This document shows positions 49,720-62,190 of a stretch of 64,000 nt of DNA, in pieces. A program made the translations under genes and the position numbers. The notes under the pieces were generated by a model. The model did not search any database and was not told where the DNA came from. It was given only the letters and a program-made list of their open reading frames with translations. This DNA comes from Octopus sinensis. Its lineage: Eukaryota. The stretch is taken from contig NC_042998.1 in the NCBI RefSeq assembly GCF_006345805.1, positions 104,966,001 through 105,030,000 on the forward strand, in the 5' to 3' direction. Numbering within the stretch: the stretch's first letter is position 1; the number at the start of each line of letters is the position of its first letter.

Positions 49720-50720
49720 TTTTATGAAGGGTTCTTTTATTTGCTGGATCTGGAGAAAGGGTCAATAACCATAGTTTTTGCAAGCATACTTAGACTGGTG
49801 AGATAACTGGCATTAGTGTTCCTCTTGAAAAGATATGAATAGGAACAGAATTCAAGTGGGCCAACATTCTGTGAAGAAAAGATTGAATGTAGAGATTAAA
49901 ACAAGACCTAAGAGTTGGATACAATAAGGATAATGAGAGGAAGAGAGACAAGTGGGATTGGAATGCCTGGATAGGGGTGATATGAAGCCACTACCTCTAA
50001 GAATCAAGGACTAAGAGTAGTGATAGAAGAGAGAGTGAGAGAAGATAACATGCCTGAGTGCCTGCAGGACATGTCTGTGAGTGGATTTATGCCCTTTTCT
50101 GGATGTGGTCTATAATGTTTGTGTGTGTCGCGACAGAACCGTCTCAGAATTGAGAGCAATACTCCATTTTGATCCTCCCTTAAGCTTTGTAGAGTATCAA
50201 TAATTGTTAGAGGTTGAAGTATTTTCTAGCTTTGAAGAGGAAAGCTAGTTTTTTGGATGCAGTCGTAGCTGTGCTATAGATAACTTTCACCATGAAAAAT
50301 CTTTGGCAATAATGAGGCTGTGAATATTGATATATCAAGAATGATAGATTCAGTCACTACCCTAGTTGTTTTTGATGGGGTCTACTCTGAGCATCAGTTA
50401 CTTCACCCGTTTTATGGATTTTTGCCAATTTTATGCCATCTACCTACCAGGAGTAGATGGTATAAAACCATAGAATGTGTTATAATTGGGTTGCTGAGTG
50501 ATATGTGGATGTGTGCTGAGTGGTAGCAGTGAAGATATGAGGGGTGTAGAGACAGTTATAATCTGAGATAGATTAGATTTAGACATGAAAAAGAGATCAA
50601 GGCTGTTTGAGTTTTCTACATGTTGCTTCAATATGTATAGGGGATTAAATATGCTGATATGGAGAGTAGGGGACAGCAAAATATTCAGCATCTGCATTAT
50701 TGGCATTGATTTAGGATAAG
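49720..50720 (-). pseudogene. Jockey/CR1-group LINE relic (endonuclease end joined to RT C-terminus)
   Basis: Minus strand: NSLDLFFMS (APE-like) ... ASKKLAFLFKARKYFNL*QLLILYKA*GRIKMEYCSQF*DGS...IIDHIQKRA. Confidence 0.75.
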
Positions 50721-51779
50721 TTAGGAAGCCATAAAAAAGAAAGGAAAAGGAAAAAAGATTAACAAGTCTTCATAGGGGTTACCAAACATTTAATCTTTCA
50801 AAAAATATATTTGAATATATTTTGTAATCCTCAAATACACACACATGCATGGACATGCACATGCATGCATGTACATATGTGCACACACACACACACCACA
50901 CACACACACACACACACACTCAAACATATATATAATAATGAATTATATTTTTCTAGAAACAATACACTTCATTTTTCTTATTAATCATTCACATTTATTT
51001 AAAATATGAATTTTGTATTTTGTAGAATTATGATTTTGTATATGACACTCAAAAGACTATAATTTTACTTTTTATTTTGTCAATTTGTATATACTGCATA
51101 AAACAAATACTATATCTAACAGTTTTGTGTTTTACATTGTAAATTGCGAATACATTTGTATTATATTTTAAAAATTAATCGGTTTTTCATATATGTTTTA
51201 CAGTATATCTTGGTATATAATTCAAGATATACTTATTTCTCATTTATATAAACTTATTTAAAACATGGAATGTTTGCATCTTTTTTTCTTAAACATTAAA
51301 TGTACATATTATACAAGACAAAATGTTTTTGATGTTAAGCAGATTATTTAAGTCAGCGAGTGATTTATTGCAGTATAGATCTTAAATAATAAAGTTGATA
51401 AGAAAAGTCCTTATGAAATCAAATTTAGTATGATGAATCTATAAGTATTAATTTTTTCTCCATTTATCCTTGATTAAATACAGAATTATAAACATATGTC
51501 TTGTTAATGGTGACATATAGAGTTATGTTTATTAAAAACAGAAGTTATCTCAGTTTTGAAGCAAATAACTTTAAAATTGTGAGAGTAGACAGAACAGATA
51601 GGATAGAACAGAAATCAAATTAGATTACATTAGATTTATATTAGTTAAAAGTATGGGTTTAAAATATATACAAATTAAGTTTATTCTTTCTATCAAGTTT
51701 TTGCCATATATGAATGTATGTTTGTTTTCTTTTTCTTTTTTACTTTAGGGTTTATTTTGACTGACCACTTGCTTGGTAG

Positions 51780-51985
51780 CAAGATTGTGAAGGAAAGCAT
51801 CTGTTTTTGTTCATCAGCTTTCAAATCTTAAGAAGGTTTTAACAATTTTTTTGTCCCAAATATTATGATTACATGTAGCATATGAATTAAGGAATTGCAT
51901 TCTCTCCCCAAGAATTCAAGTTCAGCCATGTTTTGCTCTAGGCAGGTTGGTATGTATCCTATTGCTCCAATAACAATAGGCAAGA
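51780..51985 (-). mobile_element. RLE-type non-LTR element C-terminal remnant
   Basis: LPIVIGAIGYIPTCLEQNMAELEF. Confidence 0.5.
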
Positions 51986-52480
51986 CTGTCCATGGGAAAG
52001 CTTAGTAACATCTGCGGTAGCAAAAGTGTCCCAATTAAGTTAAAAACGAGGCTAATGCAAGTGCTCATTTGGACAGTAAGCATTTATGGTTGTAAAGCAT
52101 GGACTCTGAACAAATTCGAAGTGAACATAATCAATACATTTGAAATGTATGTGTTTAAGAGAAGGTTACGAGTCTCTTATAGGGACCATTGGACAAGTGA
52201 ATGGGCATTACAAGTAGGTGAAAGATGACAACTCCTGAACATTGTGAAAAAACAAAAACTTTCTATCATGGCCATATTCGAAGAAACAAAAGTCTGGAAA
52301 ACATTATCATGGAAGGAAGAGTAGAGGGCAGTAGATTAAGAAGCAGGCTAAGATTACAATAGATGAAAATATCATGAGCTGGTTAGACAAGAGTGGCAAG
52401 GCAGCTGGAGAACTCACACTTAATCAGGAAGACATTCGTTGTAGTGTCATAAATGTTCTGACGACATATGATACATGATC
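51986..52480 (+). pseudogene. RTE (BovB-like) ORF2 C-terminal relic
   Basis: LKTRLMQVLIWTVSIYGCKAWTL...FEMYVFKRRLRVSY...GHIRRNKSLENIIMEGRVEG. Confidence 0.85.
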
Positions 52481-52864
52481 TCAACAATGAAACTGAAAGT
52501 GTACCTTAGGTACAGGTTGTGCAAATTCCTTATTAAAGGTCTATGGATGTTGCCTTCTGTATTTTAATGACCACATTGGTGTATTGGTGTCAAGAGAACA
52601 CCAGATTTCCATATACAACATATTTTTTTCTTGTGATTCCACACACTCAGCATCTGACTAATTGTGTTTTAACTTGTCAGCTGCTTCCATTTTTAAGTTA
52701 CACCAATATTCTTTTGACTCATCAGTCTCAATATAGTCAAATTCGTCTGTTGGTAGTCTCTTTTTTTCTTTTTCTGTCCCAGTTTGTTCTGGCCGCCACA
52801 TCATATCTGAAGTGAAGATATCTAGAAGACATTCTCTCTCAGTTGGCAATAATGTGGCTGATGC

Positions 52865-53885
52865 TACACCAGACTTCAGTCTGATTTGACATGGTTTCTA
52901 TAGCTGGATGCCCTTCCTAATGTCAACCACTTTACAGAGTGTGTTGGGTGCTTTTACGTGGCGCCACACAGGTGCTTCAATATGGTCCTGCATGGGCGCC
53001 ACACAGGTACTTTTACATGGTACCACATGGGCGCTTTTACATGGTGCTGCTTGGGTGCTTTTACATAACTCTATCATGAGTGTTTTTCACTACCAGAGGG
53101 ACCAGTCTTAACACTTCTGTTGTGGAGTAAGGGTCTTCTTGAGTACAACAAGGCACCAGGTATCTCATTCCTTTCTCATCTCACCTGAAAGATTCAGCTT
53201 CCTGAGGTTGTTCTTCAGTACTTCTTCTCATGTCTTCCTGAGTCTCCCACTTCCATGTGCCCCATCTACTTCAAGAAATCAGCACTTCTTTATGAAGCTG
53301 TTTGCATCCATTCACACCAAATGACCAAACTAGCACAGTCTTCTCTTTTGCTCGCAGCAACCAGTTCCTCTTATGCCTAACTTCTCGCTCAAAACACTAA
53401 CACTCTATCAAACATGTATATTTACATTACACATCCAGCAGAGCATACTAGCTTCATTCCTCTCTAACCTTCGCATGTCCTCAGAATTCCGGGCCTACAT
53501 CTCACCACTATGTAGAATTGTTGTCTATATACATGCATCATACAATCTTCCTTTCACTTGGAGAGAGAAACCTTCCATGGCCAACAAAGGTAACAGCTCT
53601 CTGAATTTCCTCTATCATATTCTTATTCTAGCTATCACACTTTCCATGCATCCTCTCTCACTACTTATTTATTTAGCAGAAATTATCAAATGAGCTATTT
53701 GGACGTTTGAGAGATTTAATTTCCTGAGTCTCTAAAGATTTTATAGATGCTGTGCATCTTCCACATATGAAAACTATCTTCTCTGATAACCTTCCTATTA
53801 ATCCACTGCATATTTTGTGTGTACATAGCTTACACTGGGCACACTGCATAGAGATCCTGCCTACACCTTTCCTACAAATCAGAGT
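52865..53885 (-). mobile_element. RTE LINE fragment including a PHD finger and the 3' UTR
   Basis: ICRKGVGRISMQCAQCKLCTHKICSG...FICGRC, then ARIRI*YRKFRELLPLL...RLERNEASMLCWMCNV. Confidence 0.88.
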
Positions 53886-53916
53886 TCTCAAGCTCATTAG
53901 AAATCCTAATCATATA

Positions 53917-54079
53917 GGCGAAGGAGTGGCTGTGTGGTAAGTAGCTTGCTAACCAACGACATGGTTCCAGGTTCAGTCCCACTGTGTGGCACCTTGGGCA
54001 AGTGTCTTCTACTATAGCCTCAGGCTGACCAAAGCCTTGTGAGTGGATTTGGTAGACGGAAACTGAAAGAAGCCTGTCG

Positions 54080-54120
<41 letters not shown>

Positions 54121-54345
54121 ATGTATGTTTTTATGTGTATGTGTCCTCCAACATCGCTTGACAACCGATGCTAGTGTGTTTACATGTCCATAACTTAGTG
54201 GTTCAGCATAAGAGACTGATAGAATAAGTACTAGGCTTACAAAGAATAAGCCCTGGGGTTGATTTGCTTGACTAAAGGAGGTGCTTCAGCATGGCTGCAG
54301 TCAAAATGACTGAAATGAATAAAGGAAAAGAAAAAGAAAGAAAAG
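53917..54345 (+). mobile_element. Full-length family-A SINE
   Basis: ggcgaaggagtggctgtgtggtaagtagc...ggttcagtccc...caccttgggcaagtgtc; A-rich tail. Confidence 0.92.
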
Positions 54346-55149
54346 AATGTTACCTAATTATTTTGTTGATTTCACGCTCAAGATAGTTACTCGCCTCTTT
54401 CCTCTTCCCTCTGAAGTGGATATTGCTTCAATGCCACAATACTTGCTTCATATATCAATACAGATTTTCGACAATAACCACTATCTTTGAATGGGAAGCA
54501 AAACCTGTTTATATCTCCATTGGTTTTCAAATTGCCAGCAACACTGAGCAGATTCTGTCTACTAAATTCCACTCACAAGGTATGAAGCAATCTGAAACTG
54601 TTATAGAAAACACATGACCGAGGTACCATGCAGCAGGAATAAAACCCTTTGAGTGTAAAGTATTCTTAACCACAGAGCCATGACCATGTTCTTTTAATTT
54701 TTAGAAAGGAATATGTGATTTGAAGGAGATTTAGCTGCTATTTCTAATATATCGAGTGGCTGTCTATAGTCTTTCTTGTTCTCTGATGCAGTCCTCTTGT
54801 TTAATGAAGTTCTCTTGTTGCCTTGTTACCTACTACTTATAGCTGTTTTTGCTGTCATTTATGGAGTTATTTATTTTGTCATTGCTATTCTAGCTTGCTT
54901 CTCTTATTGCTTTCTTTGTGATTATTTTTGTTATGCTCACTATCAGTGTTGTTGTTGATGTTGTAGTTGCTGCTGCTGCTACTATCATCTTTCTTGATAA
55001 TGACATTGCAGTTGTTGCCAAATCCTACTGGGACTAGAATTGTCTTTTCATCCCTGAGAGGTTGATATCAAATATAGTGCCAGAAATGCATTAGAACCAA
55101 TTCAATCAGCTCTAGTAGACCCCCAACACTTATAAAAATTGGTCAGGTG

Positions 55150-55240
55150 CCAAAGAAACCATCCTCATCATTACCATTCTTTTCATTGCCACTCTCATTA
55201 TCGTTGTTATTGTCATTGTTGTCATCAACATCATCGTCAC

Positions 55241-55290
<50 letters not shown>

Positions 55291-55351
55291 CTATTGTTGC
55301 TATTGCTGTTGTCATCATCATCATCATTGTCATTGTCAATGACGTCTTCAC

Positions 55352-55402
<51 letters not shown>
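55150..55402. repeat. (CAT)n-rich microsatellite
   Basis: Seen directly. Confidence 0.95.
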
Positions 55403-55403
<1 letters not shown>

Positions 55404-55729
55404 TAGCAGCAGAATATGTAGGGCAGCAAAAGCAAATTACTTTGTGGTACTTAGTTATGTCTTTTTCCTTCTAAATTAAAAATCCTTCCTATGTCCAAAT
55501 TTACTTCTCAACCTTCTGGTGTACATGAAATGAATACAAGTCCAATATTGAGGTGAGGGAATATTAAATTGAGTATATCCTTTCTTAAAATTTCTAGTTG
55601 CTTTTGCCATTTATTCTTTTGAGGTCAATAAAATAAAGTACCAGTCAAATACTAAGGTTGATGCTATTGATTAATCCCCTCTTCTCAAAATTATTGGCCC
55701 TGTGCCTAAATAAGGACCCTTAATTAAAC

Positions 55730-55935
55730 ACCCATGTTGGTGACACATATAAGCACCCATGCCAATAACATGTTAAAGGCACCTACTACACTCTTGGAGT
55801 GATTGGCATTAGGAAGAGCATCCAGCCATAGAAATCAAGCTAAAATCAGACTGGAATCAGGTACAGCTCTCTGGCTTACCAGTTCCAGTCAAACTATCCA
55901 ACCCTTGCCAGCATAGAAAGTGAATGCTAAATGAT
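55730..55935 (+). mobile_element. RTE 3' terminus with short-unit array
   Basis: ggcattaggaagagcatccagcc...gctaaatgat. Confidence 0.75.
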
Positions 55936-56106
55936 CATTATTTAAGACATCGCACAGTATTCAATATTGCGATGTTGTTGATTGAAGATATTGTATCTAC
56001 AAGGGGTTTGTACTGTTTGTCAGGTCACAACAAAGACCTCAGACTTTATGCAATATACGTGTAGTTTCAAGTAATGCCAATTTTTGCAATAACTTAATCA
56101 TTATTA

Positions 56107-56149
<43 letters not shown>

Positions 56150-56151
<2 letters not shown>

Positions 56152-57200
56152 TTTATCATGTGCCTTCACTGTACTACCGAATGCAGCTCTGTGTGCCTTG
56201 GATATGTGCTGTGGTTTGTTGTGGTGCTCTTATTTTCACTGTATTGAAAGTGTTTTACATAGGATGTGTGCGGTGCCTAGTAGTGCTATTTTCTAAGTGT
56301 TGTATATACTTGTAAGACCTGGTGTTTTTTTCATGTATTTGTCTGAATGTTTTTTTTTTATCATACCTAATGCACCAACTATGATAGGAATTGTTTCTGT
56401 TTTTAGATTCCACATTCTGGTTACCTCTATTTCCAGATCTTTGTATTTTGAAAGTGTTTCCGTTTCTTTTAGAGAAACATTGTCATTTGTTGGTATTGAT
56501 ACATCAATTAGAAAGCACTTTCTTTCCTTGGTGATCTCTGACAAGTATATCTGGCCTATTGGCCTTAATTACTCTATCTGTGCATATTAGCATATCCCAG
56601 AGTATGATTGCTCTCTCATTTTCTGTGACCGTTTCTGGCATGTGCCTATACCATCTTTTTTCTGTTGTTATTTTGTGTTGGCATAGCTTTCAATGTATAT
56701 TGGTCCCAACTCACTCATGTCTGTGAATATATTCCTTCTTAGCCAGGACTGGGCAGCCAGAGACAATATGATTTATTGTTTCTTTTCCATCACCACATAT
56801 TCTGCAGTTACTTGTATTTCTTTTCATTACATGTTTTTTGGTGATTTTTGGTGGGAAGGCTTTGATCTTGTGCTGCAATTAAAAATCCTTCAGTCTCTGC
56901 TTTGAGTTCTGAGCTTCTCAGCCATTATTGGGATTTTGCTTTGTCTATTTTTTTCTGTTTAGCTTAATCTAATATTTGCCACGAAAGGGCTTTTCTTGCT
57001 ATTGTTTTATCATGATCTGTTGCTGTTCCAGTTTTAGTTTGGATTTCAGTTGTTTTACAGCTTTTGCTGTTTCTTCTTCTTTTTCATAGTTGTTAGGTAC
57101 TGTGACTTCTTTTTTGTATTAGTCAGCTTCCTTAAAGACTGCAAACAGTTTTTTTTTTTGTTTTGTTTGTGTTTTGTGATTATTTGTATTAGTTATCCTT
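56150..57200 (-). mobile_element. R4/Dong element copy 1, 5' truncated
   Basis: CCHC-region remnant, KCFLIDVSIP...KYKDL...IPIIVGALG; (AAT)n at both ends. Confidence 0.92.
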
Positions 57201-57238
57201 TATCATTATTATTATTATTATTATTATTACTATTATTA

Positions 57239-57281
<43 letters not shown>

Positions 57282-57296
57282 TATTATTATTATTAT

Positions 57297-57884
57297 TCAG
57301 TAGTTTTATTTTTATCACATGCTTTCACTGCACTACTGAGCAAAGCCTTGGGTATGTGCTGTGGTTTGCTATGATGCTCTTATGGTTACTGTATTGAAAG
57401 TGTTTTACATAGGATGTGTGCAGTGCCTAGTAGTGTTATTTTCTGTATGTTATATATATTTGTAAGTCCTGGTGTTTTGTTATGTATTTGTCTGAATATG
57501 TTTTTATCATACCTAATGCACCCACTATGATAGGTGTTGTTTCTGTTTTCAGACTCCACATTCGAGTTACCTCTATTTCCAGATCTTTGTGTTTTGAAAG
57601 TTTCTCCATTTCTTTTAGAGAAACGTTGTCATCTGTAGGTATTGATACATCAATTAGAAAGCAATTTTTTTTTCTTCATGATCTCTGACAACTATATCTG
57701 GCCTATTGGCCTTAATTTCTCTATCTGTGTATATTGGCATATTCCAGAGTATGATTGCTTTCTCATTTTCTGTGACCTTTTCTGGCATATGCCTATACCA
57801 TCTTTTTTCTGTTGTTATTCCATAGTGTTGACATAACTTCCAGTGTATATAGGTCCCAACTCTGTCGTGTCTGTAAATATATTT
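57297..57884 (-). mobile_element. R4/Dong element copy 2
   Basis: Same RLE domain; 3' end aaaactactg(aat)n; 5' end fused to (AAG)n. Confidence 0.92.
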
Positions 57885-57906
57885 CTTCTTCTTCTTCTTC
57901 TTCTCA

Positions 57907-57949
<43 letters not shown>

Positions 57950-57953
<4 letters not shown>

Positions 57954-58548
57954 TAGTTTTATCTTTATAGCATGCTTTCACTTCACTACCGAGCGCAGCT
58001 CTGTGTGACTTAGGTATGTGCTGTGATTTGTTGTGATGCTCTGATGGTTATTGTATGGAAAGTGTTCTGCATAGGATGTGTGCAGTGCCTAGTAGTGCAA
58101 TTGTCTGTATGTTATATGTGTTTGTAAGTCCTGGTGTTTTTGTTATGTATTTGTCTGAATAATTTTTTATCATGCCTAATGCACCTACTATGATAGGAAT
58201 TGTTTCTGTTTTTAGATTCCACATTCTGGTTACCTCTATTTCCAGGTCTTTGTATTTTGAAAGTTTCTCCATTTCTTTTAGAGACATGTTGTCATCTGCC
58301 GGTATTGATACATCAATTAGAAAGCATTTTTTTTCTTCATGATCTCTGACAACTATATCTGGTCTGTTGGCCTTAATTTCTCTATCTATGTGTATCGGCA
58401 TATCCCAGAGTATGGTTGCTCTCTCGTTCTCTGTGACCTTTTCTGGTGTGTGCCTATACCATCTTTTTTCTGTTGTTATTCCATAATGTTGGCATAGCTT
58501 CCAGTGTATGTAGGTTCCAGCTCTGTCATGTCTGTGAATATATTCCTT
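57950..58548 (-). mobile_element. R4/Dong element copy 3 (RLE frame open)
   Basis: EYIHRHD...ILWDMPIH.DREIKANRPDIVV...IDVSIP...EKLSKYKDL (RHD and PD-D-K motifs). Confidence 0.95.
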
Positions 58549-58569
58549 CTTCTTCTTCTTCTTCTTCTT

Positions 58570-58641
<72 letters not shown>

Positions 58642-58651
58642 ATTGTTATTA

Positions 58652-58868
58652 AGGTGGTGAGGTGGCAGAATCATTAGCATGCCAGGTGAAATGCTTAGCC
58701 ATATTTCTTTTGTCGCTACCATCAGAGTATAAATTTTGCCGGGTCAACTTTTCCTTTCATCCCTTTGGGGTCAATTAAATAAGTACCAGTTACACACTGG
58801 GTTCGATGTAATTAACTTAATCCTCCCCACCGCCAAATTTGAGGCTTTGTGCTTCCAGTTGAAAGGAT
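58652..58868 (+). mobile_element. Family-B SINE within (TTA)n
   Basis: ggtggtgaggtggcagaatcattagc...gaaaggattattatt. Confidence 0.85.
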
Positions 58869-58882
58869 TATTATTATCATCA

Positions 58883-58946
<64 letters not shown>

Positions 58947-58961
58947 AATATCATTATTATT

Positions 58962-59015
<54 letters not shown>

Positions 59016-59556
59016 GAGTGAGAGAGCAGTTCATGCCATCAAAGTGACACTGGGGTAAAATATACAAAGCCCAATATACCCATCATGACTACCCGTCTGA
59101 TAAGGGTACACTAGGCACATGCATCACAACCATATGTGCGCAACATGGTGATCTCATATCAAGATAAACAGCACATGACCTTGCAGGTGGGGCCCAGTTA
59201 GAATTTTCTTCAGGTTGAGTAGCCCATCCCACTCAAATGGTCCCTGAATAAGGGTTGTTTAAGGATGTTGAATAAACCACCCATGTTTCCAGAGGTGAAT
59301 TATTCAAACCCTAAAGAATCCCTCTCAACACATGGCTATGATGCTCCCCCACTACTTCTGCTCGTGATCAGAGATGCACATATCGTCAGCCACTAAGGGA
59401 CATGCTCAACTGGTTAAGGTCAAAAAACTGACAAGCAAATCTGTGGTATTGAGCAGAATATTTGCTGTAGCCCATCTTTTATACCAAGACAAATCAACGT
59501 ACATGATGACACTTCCAATCAGTTAAGATCAGAAGCCATGAGAGCCACTGCCTGGT
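59016..59556 (-). mobile_element. Non-coding retroposed segment with (AAT)n tail and 5' fold-back
   Basis: Complex 540-bp segment bounded by TTA tracts; minus-strand end ctctctcactc(aat)n. Confidence 0.6.
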
Positions 59557-59607
59557 AGTGGCTCTCATGGCTTCTGATCTTAACTGATTGGAAGTGTCAT
59601 CATGTAC
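59499..59607. repeat. Perfect hairpin with 51-bp arms and 7-nt loop
   Basis: Arms 59499-59549 and 59557-59607. Confidence 0.97.
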
Positions 59608-59678
59608 ATTTATTATTATTATTATTATTTTTATCATTATTATTATTATTATTATTATCATTATTATTATTATTATTT

Positions 59679-59709
<31 letters not shown>

Positions 59710-59710
<1 letters not shown>

Positions 59711-60862
59711 CAGTAGTTTTATTTTTATAGCGTGCTTTCACTTCACTACCGAGTGCAGCTCTGTGTGCCTTGGGTATGTGCTGTGATTTGTTGTGATGCT
59801 CTGATGGTTATTGTATGGAAAGTGTTCTGCGTAGGATGTGTGCAGTGCCTAGTAGTGCAATTGTCTGTATGTTATATGTGTTTGTAAGTCCTGGTGTTTT
59901 TGTTATGTATTTGTCTGAATATTTTTTTATCATGCCTAATGCACCTACTATGATAGGAATTCTTTCTGTTTTCAGGTTCCACATTCTAGTTATCTCTATT
60001 TCCAGATCTTTGTATTTTGAGAGTTTCTCCATTTCTTTTAGAGACACGTTGTCATCTGCCGGTATTGATACATCAATAGAAAGCATTTTTTTTCTTCATG
60101 ATCTCTGACAACTATATCTGGTCTGTTGGCCTTAATTTCTCTATCTGTGTGTATCGGCATATCCCAGAGTATGGTTGCTTTCTCGTTTTCTGTGACCTTT
60201 TCTGGTGTGTGCCTATACCATCTTTTTTCTGTTGTTATTCCATGATGTTGGCATAGCTTCCAATGTATGTAGGTTCCAACTCTGTCATGTCTGTGAATAT
60301 ATTCCTTCTTAGCCAGGACTGGGCAGCTAGAGATAATATGATTTATTGTTTCTTGTCCATCTCCACATATTCTGCAGTTACTTGTAATATTTCTTTTCAT
60401 TACATGTTTTTGGTAATTTCTGGTGGGGAGGCTTTGTCTTGTGCTGCAATTAAAAATCCCTCTGTTTCTGCTTTGAGTCCTGAGCTTCTCAACCACTGCT
60501 GGGATTTTTCTTTGTCTATTTCTTTTGCGTTTAGTTTAGTGCAGTATTTACCATGAAGGGGCTTTTCTTGCCATCGTTTTATCATGGCTCGTTGCTGTTC
60601 TATTTTTAGTTTGGATTTCATTTGTTTTATAGCTTTCGTTGTTTCTTCATCATCTTCTTCTTCTTCTTTGTGTTTATTAGGTGGTATGATTTCTTGTTTG
60701 TATTTGTCAGCTTCCTTAAATACTGAGAACAGTTTTTTTGTTTTGCTCGTGTTTTGCTGCTATCTGGATCAGTTTTCCTTCCTTCTGAAGTAGGTATTTT
60801 TGCAGTCCTATGGTGGTTATTTTATAGTAGTTTTCCAGCTGTATAAGGCCTCTACCACCTTC
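59710..60862 (-). mobile_element. R4/Dong element copy 4 (longest)
   Basis: EGGRGLIQLE...WQEKPLHG...LKAETEGFLIAAQD...CRICGDGQETINHIISSC...RHD...RPDIVV; several frameshifts. Confidence 0.95.
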
Positions 60863-60923
<61 letters not shown>

Positions 60924-60939
60924 ATTATTATTTTTATTT

Positions 60940-60973
<34 letters not shown>

Positions 60974-60975
60974 TT

Positions 60976-61028
<53 letters not shown>

Positions 61029-61133
61029 ATTATTATTATTATTTTTATCATTATCATTATTATTATCATTGTTATTATTATTATATTATTATTATTATTC
61101 TTAATATTATTATTTTTATTTTTATCATTATCA

Positions 61134-61169
<36 letters not shown>

Positions 61170-61198
61170 CATCATCATCATCATTATTATTATTATTA

Positions 61199-61250
<52 letters not shown>
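60863..61250. repeat. (TTA)n microsatellite
   Basis: Seen directly. Confidence 0.95.
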
Positions 61251-61251
<1 letters not shown>

Positions 61252-61730
61252 GGTGAGCTGATAGGATCATTAGCATTCCAGACAAAATCTTCAGCAGTAT
61301 TTCGTCTGTTTTTACATTCTGAGTTCAAATTTCATAGAGGTTGACTTTGCCTTTCACCCTTTTGGGGGTCAATAAAATAAATTACAGTTGAGCACTGGAC
61401 TTGTTATAAATGACTGGCACTCTCCCCCAAATTTCAGGCCCTATGCCTGTAGTAGAAAGGATTGTTATTATTGCAAAGTTAGTATTGCCAGAATCCTGAG
61501 ATCTTCTAGAACACTAGGATTGGTAGAATCCTAAGAGTGGTGAAAAAACCATTTTGCAGTTTCTGTTCCAGCTCTTTACATTCTAGGTTCAAATCTCACC
61601 GAGATTAACTTTGCCTTCTATCTTCTCAGGTTCCATAAAATAAAATATCAGTCAAGTACTGGGATCAGTTAGCTTCATTTACCCCTCCCCTTAAAATTGC
61701 TGGATTTCTGCCTCAAATTAGTAGTCATTA
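61250..61730 (+). mobile_element. Two family-B SINEs
   Basis: Copies at 61250-61465 and 61515-61730. Confidence 0.8.
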
Positions 61731-61744
61731 TTATTAGCCTTGTT

Positions 61745-62190
61745 ATTCATCATCATCATCATCATCGTTTAACATCCGCTTTCCATGCTAGCATGGGCTG
61801 GACGATTTGACTGAGATCTGGTGAACCAGATGGCTGCACCAGACTCCAGTCTGATCTGGCAGAGTTTCTACAGCTGGATGTCCTTCCTAACGCCAACCAC
61901 TCTGAGAGTGTAGTGGGTGCTTTTACATGCCACCGGCATGAGGGCCGGTCAGGCGGTTCTGGCAACGGCCACACTCAAATGGTGCTTTTTATGTGCCACC
62001 TGCACAGGAGCCAGTCCAATAGCACTGGCAACAACCTCGCTCGAAGTTTCTTTTCACGTGCCACCAGCACAAGTGCTACTAAGATGACGCAGGTAATGAT
62101 CACACTCAAATGGTGTTTTTAACGTGCCATCAGCACGGAGGCCAGCTTGTTGCTCTGGCAACGATCTCACTCATATGGTGTTATCAGCAA
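61745..62190 (-). mobile_element. RTE 3' region, about 4-5 array units
   Basis: Family motifs and (CAT)n. Confidence 0.85.

Noticed and set aside
53917-53990. tRNA gene
   Set aside because: A/B boxes run straight into a multi-copy SINE body; no complete cloverleaf seen.
55130-55479. Poly-Met/His/Ser ORFs
   Set aside because: Translations of a (CAT)n microsatellite.
58048-58722. 224-aa ORF as a gene
   Set aside because: Chance fusion of antisense SINE, (AAT)n/(AAG)n and a truncated Dong RLE domain.
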